NCBI GenBank assembly: GCA_964536865.1
Contig: CAZHYN010000003.1
Location: 1 to 32,000, forward strand
DNA from: an uncultured Planctomycetia bacterium
GTDB lineage: Bacteria > Omnitrophota > Gorgyraeia > Duberdicusellales > 4484-171
Direction of reading: 5' to 3'
DNA length: 32,000 bases
The notes under the pieces were generated by a model. That model was given only the letters and a program-made list of their open reading frames with translations, ran no database searches and was not told the DNA's origin. Each line of letters opens with the position of its first letter. Within the stretch, counting starts at the first letter, position 1. Shown piece by piece: positions 29,211 through 32,000 of the stretch. The position numbers were made by a program, and so were the translations under genes.

Positions 29211-29566
29211 AACTCACCTTTATTTAAAACATTTAATATCTTTATCAAATCGGGGATAGACTTATCTCCTACTCTCATTCTAAACTCTTCTACTGAAATC
29301 TTCCTCATCTCTTCATTCACTTATCTAGGAACTATTGGATCTACAAACACCTAGGAGTCTCGAAAGTACTTAAGCAATCTTAATTTGGTACAACCAAAAT
29401 CATCATATTAATCTAAATCGATAAGGTGAACTATTATCTCTGCCTCTCCTAACCTAAAATTATTTATTCTGTATTTCTCATACCCGAAAGTTAAATTAGT
29501 CACATCATCGGGAGAAATCTTTACAAAATCACAAGAATAAATTGCTCTTATTCTCCACAGAATCAT
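29201..29566 (-). pseudogene. unidentified gene remnant: one reading frame interrupted by three in-frame stops
   Basis: My hand translation of one minus frame gives MILWRIRAIYSCDFVKISPDDVTNLTFGYEKYRINNFRLGEAEIIVHLIDLD*YDDFGCTKLRLLKYFRDS*VFVDPIVPR*VNEEMRKISVEEFRMRVGDKSIPDLIKILNVLNKGELWP*. It is otherwise stop-free for 122 codons in a 470-bp stretch that has no listed ORF. No family recognised. Confidence 0.3.
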
Positions 29567-29683
29567 ATTCCCCAATTAAAGATTAGATAGTCATCAGAAA
29601 AACTAACTAATTTTACCTTTCTTAGATTATCTTTGTGTAATATCTCAATTAATCCCAAAAGCTTACCTCTTCTCTAAAACCTT

Positions 29684-29899
29684 TTAAACAGCAATAACTT
29701 CTCTATTCCTGACAACTTCTTCTTTTAATCTTTGTTCAATTCCAATCTTTAAGGTATAGATACTCATTGAACATGTCTTGCAAGCACCAGTAAGTTTAAC
29801 CTTAACTACTCCATCTTGAATCACATCCACTAACTCTACATTACCTCCTTCTATCTGAAGGAAAGGTCTGATTTTCTCCAATATTTTTTTCCACGTCAT
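29684..29899 (-). CDS. NifU-like (Nfu) Fe-S cluster carrier domain protein
   Basis: IRPFLQIEGGNVELVDV.DGVV.VKLTGACKTCSMS..TLK.GIE..L is the Nfu/NifU C-terminal domain with its CxxC. Confidence 0.85.
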   Translation of the reverse strand: MTWKKILEKIRPFLQIEGGNVELVDVIQDGVVKVKLTGACKTCSMSIYTLKIGIEQRLKEEVVRNREVIAV

Positions 29900-30450
29900 C
29901 TCTTATCATAATTATCCTTTTTTGAAACTCTTTAAACTCACTCTGTGAAACCCCACAGACAGGGCAATATTCCGGTAACTTCTCTTCTGTCGTATATCCA
30001 CAAACAGAACAAATATATATTTTATCCAAATCTAGATCTCTCCCCGAGGAAACAACTTCTTTTGCTTTCTTATACAACTGGGCATGAATTTTTCTCTGCC
30101 TCTAAAGCATAGCGAATAGATTTCTCAGCTTCCTTTTCATTTTGCAATCTTGCAACTTCATTATAAGCAGAGCGCATCTCTTCCACTTCGAACTTCTCTC
30201 CCCCAATAGCAGTCTCTAAGTTATTCTGTGTATTATCAACTCCTTTCAAAACTTCCAAATGATTTTTAGGGTGAACTAGCTCTGCATAAGCAATTGCTCT
30301 AAATAATCTAGCAATATTAGGCCTTTCTTCTTTTTGAGCAACTTCTGAAAAAATTAAATACTTCATATGTGCTTGAGACTCACCTGCAAATGCAAACTGC
30401 AAATTTTGGTGAGTAATTCTATGTATTCCACCTCCTTCCTTAACTTCCAC
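29841..30450 (-). pseudogene. rubrerythrin, split by a 1-nt frameshift in an A5 run
   Basis: ORF 30070..30450 is the ferritin-like di-iron domain (FAGESQA, AYAELVH). ORF 29841..30077 carries the C-terminal rubredoxin-like domain (CSVCGY...CPVCG). Removing one A at 30089..30093 restores ALEAEKIHAQLYKKAKEVV, which includes the last ExxH iron ligands. Confidence 0.85.
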
Positions 30451-30493
30451 AAATTAATAACCTAAAAACTCCTCACTTTTTATTTGTGCTTTT

Positions 30494-30521
30494 ATTATAC
30501 CTAACTGAGTAAGAGCATCAA
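30494..30521 (-). promoter_or_regulatory. candidate promoter of the rubrerythrin-nfu pair
   Basis: Minus strand: TTGATG (30521..30516), 16 nt, TATAAT (30499..30494), then a ~40-nt leader with GGAAGGAGGTGG around the start region. Confidence 0.4.
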
Positions 30522-30945
30522 CTATACTCCTTATTCAGAGCCTTATCTACGATATATTCCAAAATAGAAACTACCGGAGTAATTCCTATTCCTCCAATTT
30601 TATGAAAGAGAGCTTTTTATAAGTTTCTCTAAATACACAACTTCCTAAGGGCATTCGTATTAAAACTTTATCCCCTGCCTTTAACCATTCCAACTTTTGG
30701 GAAAATTCACTACTAGAAATTCTTTTGGTAAACTCTATATAATCCTTAGTTGGCGAAGAAGAAAAGGAGAGAAAATGTCTTGACCTATCTTTGTTCTTAT
30801 CAAAGATAACTTCCATAAACTGACCAGGAATAAAATCTACCTTCTTTGAAATAGTAAACCGGAAGCTCTCTACAGAGGGAATCCTTCTTATTCTCTCTAC
30901 TAACCTAACTTTTACCTCCATCGCTTTCCCTTTTATTCCTATCAT
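30518..30945 (-). pseudogene. FNR-like FAD/NAD(P)-binding oxidoreductase remnant (frameshifted and 3'-truncated)
   Basis: ORF 30586..30945 has the FAD-binding FR-type fold pattern (SFRF...F.PGQFMEV......R.FSFSSSP....IEF..K, LKAGDKVLIRMPLG). The expected NAD-domain opening, IGGIGITPVVSILEYIV, is present one frame over at 30598..30518 and then terminates. About 100+ aa of the NAD(P) domain are missing. Confidence 0.7.
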
Positions 30946-31088
30946 TTAAATCTATTTTTCGTATCTTATTAATTATTTAAGCATAATACCTTTTAAAATA
31001 TCAAGAATTATTTTTTCTCTCTGCTTTTTTAATTATCCACTTATCAACGTAATAAATTTTAAAAATAAAGCTTTTATAATAAATATTT

Positions 31089-31460
31089 TCATAGTTTATC
31101 CTCATTAAGAAGAATGTAGATTAAATGAGGCAAAACAATTATAGAAGAAATAAAAATCAAAAGAAATCTAAATTTAGATACTCCTAAGACTTTCGCTAAA
31201 CAGCTAAACCCTAATGATAAAACTACTGCTGATAAATCTAATATAGTAGGTTCTGGTTTACCCGGATAAATTCTCAACAAACGTAAAACTAAACCTACAC
31301 CAAAGGCTATGGCAATTAAAAGATAAATTTGAGGTAATTTACTATTAAATATAATCATAATGAACTCTCCTCCTAAGACCGCGGTAAACCAAAAATAGAA
31401 GTATCTTAACTGGACTTTAGAAAGATTAGCTTTTCTAAAAAGAAAAAGATTTATTAACAT
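31089..31460 (-). CDS. small integral membrane protein, unknown function
   Basis: Three to four hydrophobic segments. An alternative start at 31358 (MIIFNS...) is preceded by a strong GGAGGAG SD and may be the real one. Confidence 0.45.
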   Translation of the reverse strand: MLINLFLFRKANLSKVQLRYFYFWFTAVLGGEFIMIIFNSKLPQIYLLIAIAFGVGLVLRLLRIYPGKPEPTILDLSAVVLSLGFSCLAKVLGVSKFRFLLIFISSIIVLPHLIYILLNEDKL

Positions 31461-31465
31461 CTTAA

Positions 31466-32000
31466 CTACTTACCTCTCACCATAGGTACGAATCGCACAG
31501 GAGCGATGTTTTTTATTTGCAATCCTTCTTTATCTTTTATTATTAATTTTAGATATTGAAAATGTTTCCCCATAGGAATAACCATTCTACCTCCTACCTT
31601 CAGCTGTTGAACGAGTTTAGAAGGAATAGAGGAAGGAGCACAGGTCACTATAATAGCATCAAAAGGGGCAAACTCATCCCATCCTAAGAATCCATCTCCA
31701 CACTTTACTTTAATATTCTGATATCCTAATTCTCTTAATCTCTTCTCGGCATTGAGAGCTAAAGGTTCTAAAATTTCGATAGTATAAATTTCCTTAGCTA
31801 ACTCTGCTAAAACAGCGGTCTGGTAACCGCTACCTGTACCAATCTCCAACACTCTCTCATCTCCTTCCAACTGAAGAAGTTCGGTCATCAAGGCAACAAT
31901 ATAGGGTTGAGAAATAGTTTGATTATAACCAATAGGTAAAGGACTATCAAAGTATGCTAAATTTTTAACTCCTGAAGGAACGAATCTATGACGAGGGACT
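31466..32000 (-). CDS. pcm: protein-L-isoaspartate O-methyltransferase (5' end outside the window)
   Basis: VLEIGTGSGYQTAVLA SAM motif. The frame stays open upstream of the track start and reads VPRHRFVP...AYFDSPLPIGYNQTISQPYIVALMTE up to the window edge. Confidence 0.88.
   Translation of the reverse strand, partial: VPRHRFVPSGVKNLAYFDSPLPIGYNQTISQPYIVALMTELLQLEGDERVLEIGTGSGYQTAVLAELAKEIYTIEILEPLALNAEKRLRELGYQNIKVKCGDGFLGWDEFAPFDAIIVTCAPSSIPSKLVQQLKVGGRMVIPMGKHFQYLKLIIKDKEGLQIKNIAPVRFVPMVRGK

Noticed and set aside
29201-29566. Stop-codon reassignment as an explanation for the three in-frame stops
   Set aside because: Every recognisable gene in the window terminates at the expected position on TAA, TAG or TGA, so the standard bacterial code is in use.
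30086-30096. Programmed frameshift or transcriptional slippage rescuing rubrerythrin
   Set aside because: The A5 run is shorter than known slippage tracts. I saw no X XXY YYZ heptamer with a downstream structure, and the required shift is +1. A mutation or a single-site sequence error is more parsimonious.

Overview
Visibly AT-rich bacterial chromosomal segment. I found no rRNA, tRNA or CRISPR array. All but two genes are on the minus strand. They form three very tight operon-like runs. (i) 7782->532: ribBA-ribH-nusB-PHP-ribD-plsY-radical SAM-nitroreductase-mazG. (ii) 13436->7862: apgM-cstA-lysC-cimA. (iii) 26197->15378: two GalT/HIT-like paralogues-gap-pgk-tpiA-secG-five-gene peptide ABC importer. 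An IS256-family element sits between (ii) and (iii), inserted exactly on the stop codon of the last ABC gene. It has recognisable ends and a 7-bp duplication, but its transposase is decayed. The right-hand ~5 kb (26.2-31.0 kb) is looser and looks accessory, with a redox/oxidative-stress theme: PilZ, a 53-aa rubredoxin absent from the ORF track, a PduO-type adenosyltransferase-like gene divergent from an SPL-type radical SAM gene, OsmC, Nfu, a frameshifted rubrerythrin, a truncated FNR-like remnant, and an unidentifiable reading frame with three in-frame stops. The window ends inside pcm. Most worth a second look: (1) the tandem GalT-like pair, where the upstream copy has Arg in place of the nucleophilic His; (2) the cluster of decayed oxygen-defence genes; (3) the large radical SAM gene translationally coupled to plsY; (4) a recurrent promoter geometry that predicts leaderless mRNAs. 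All calls come from reading motifs by eye; no database search was possible.
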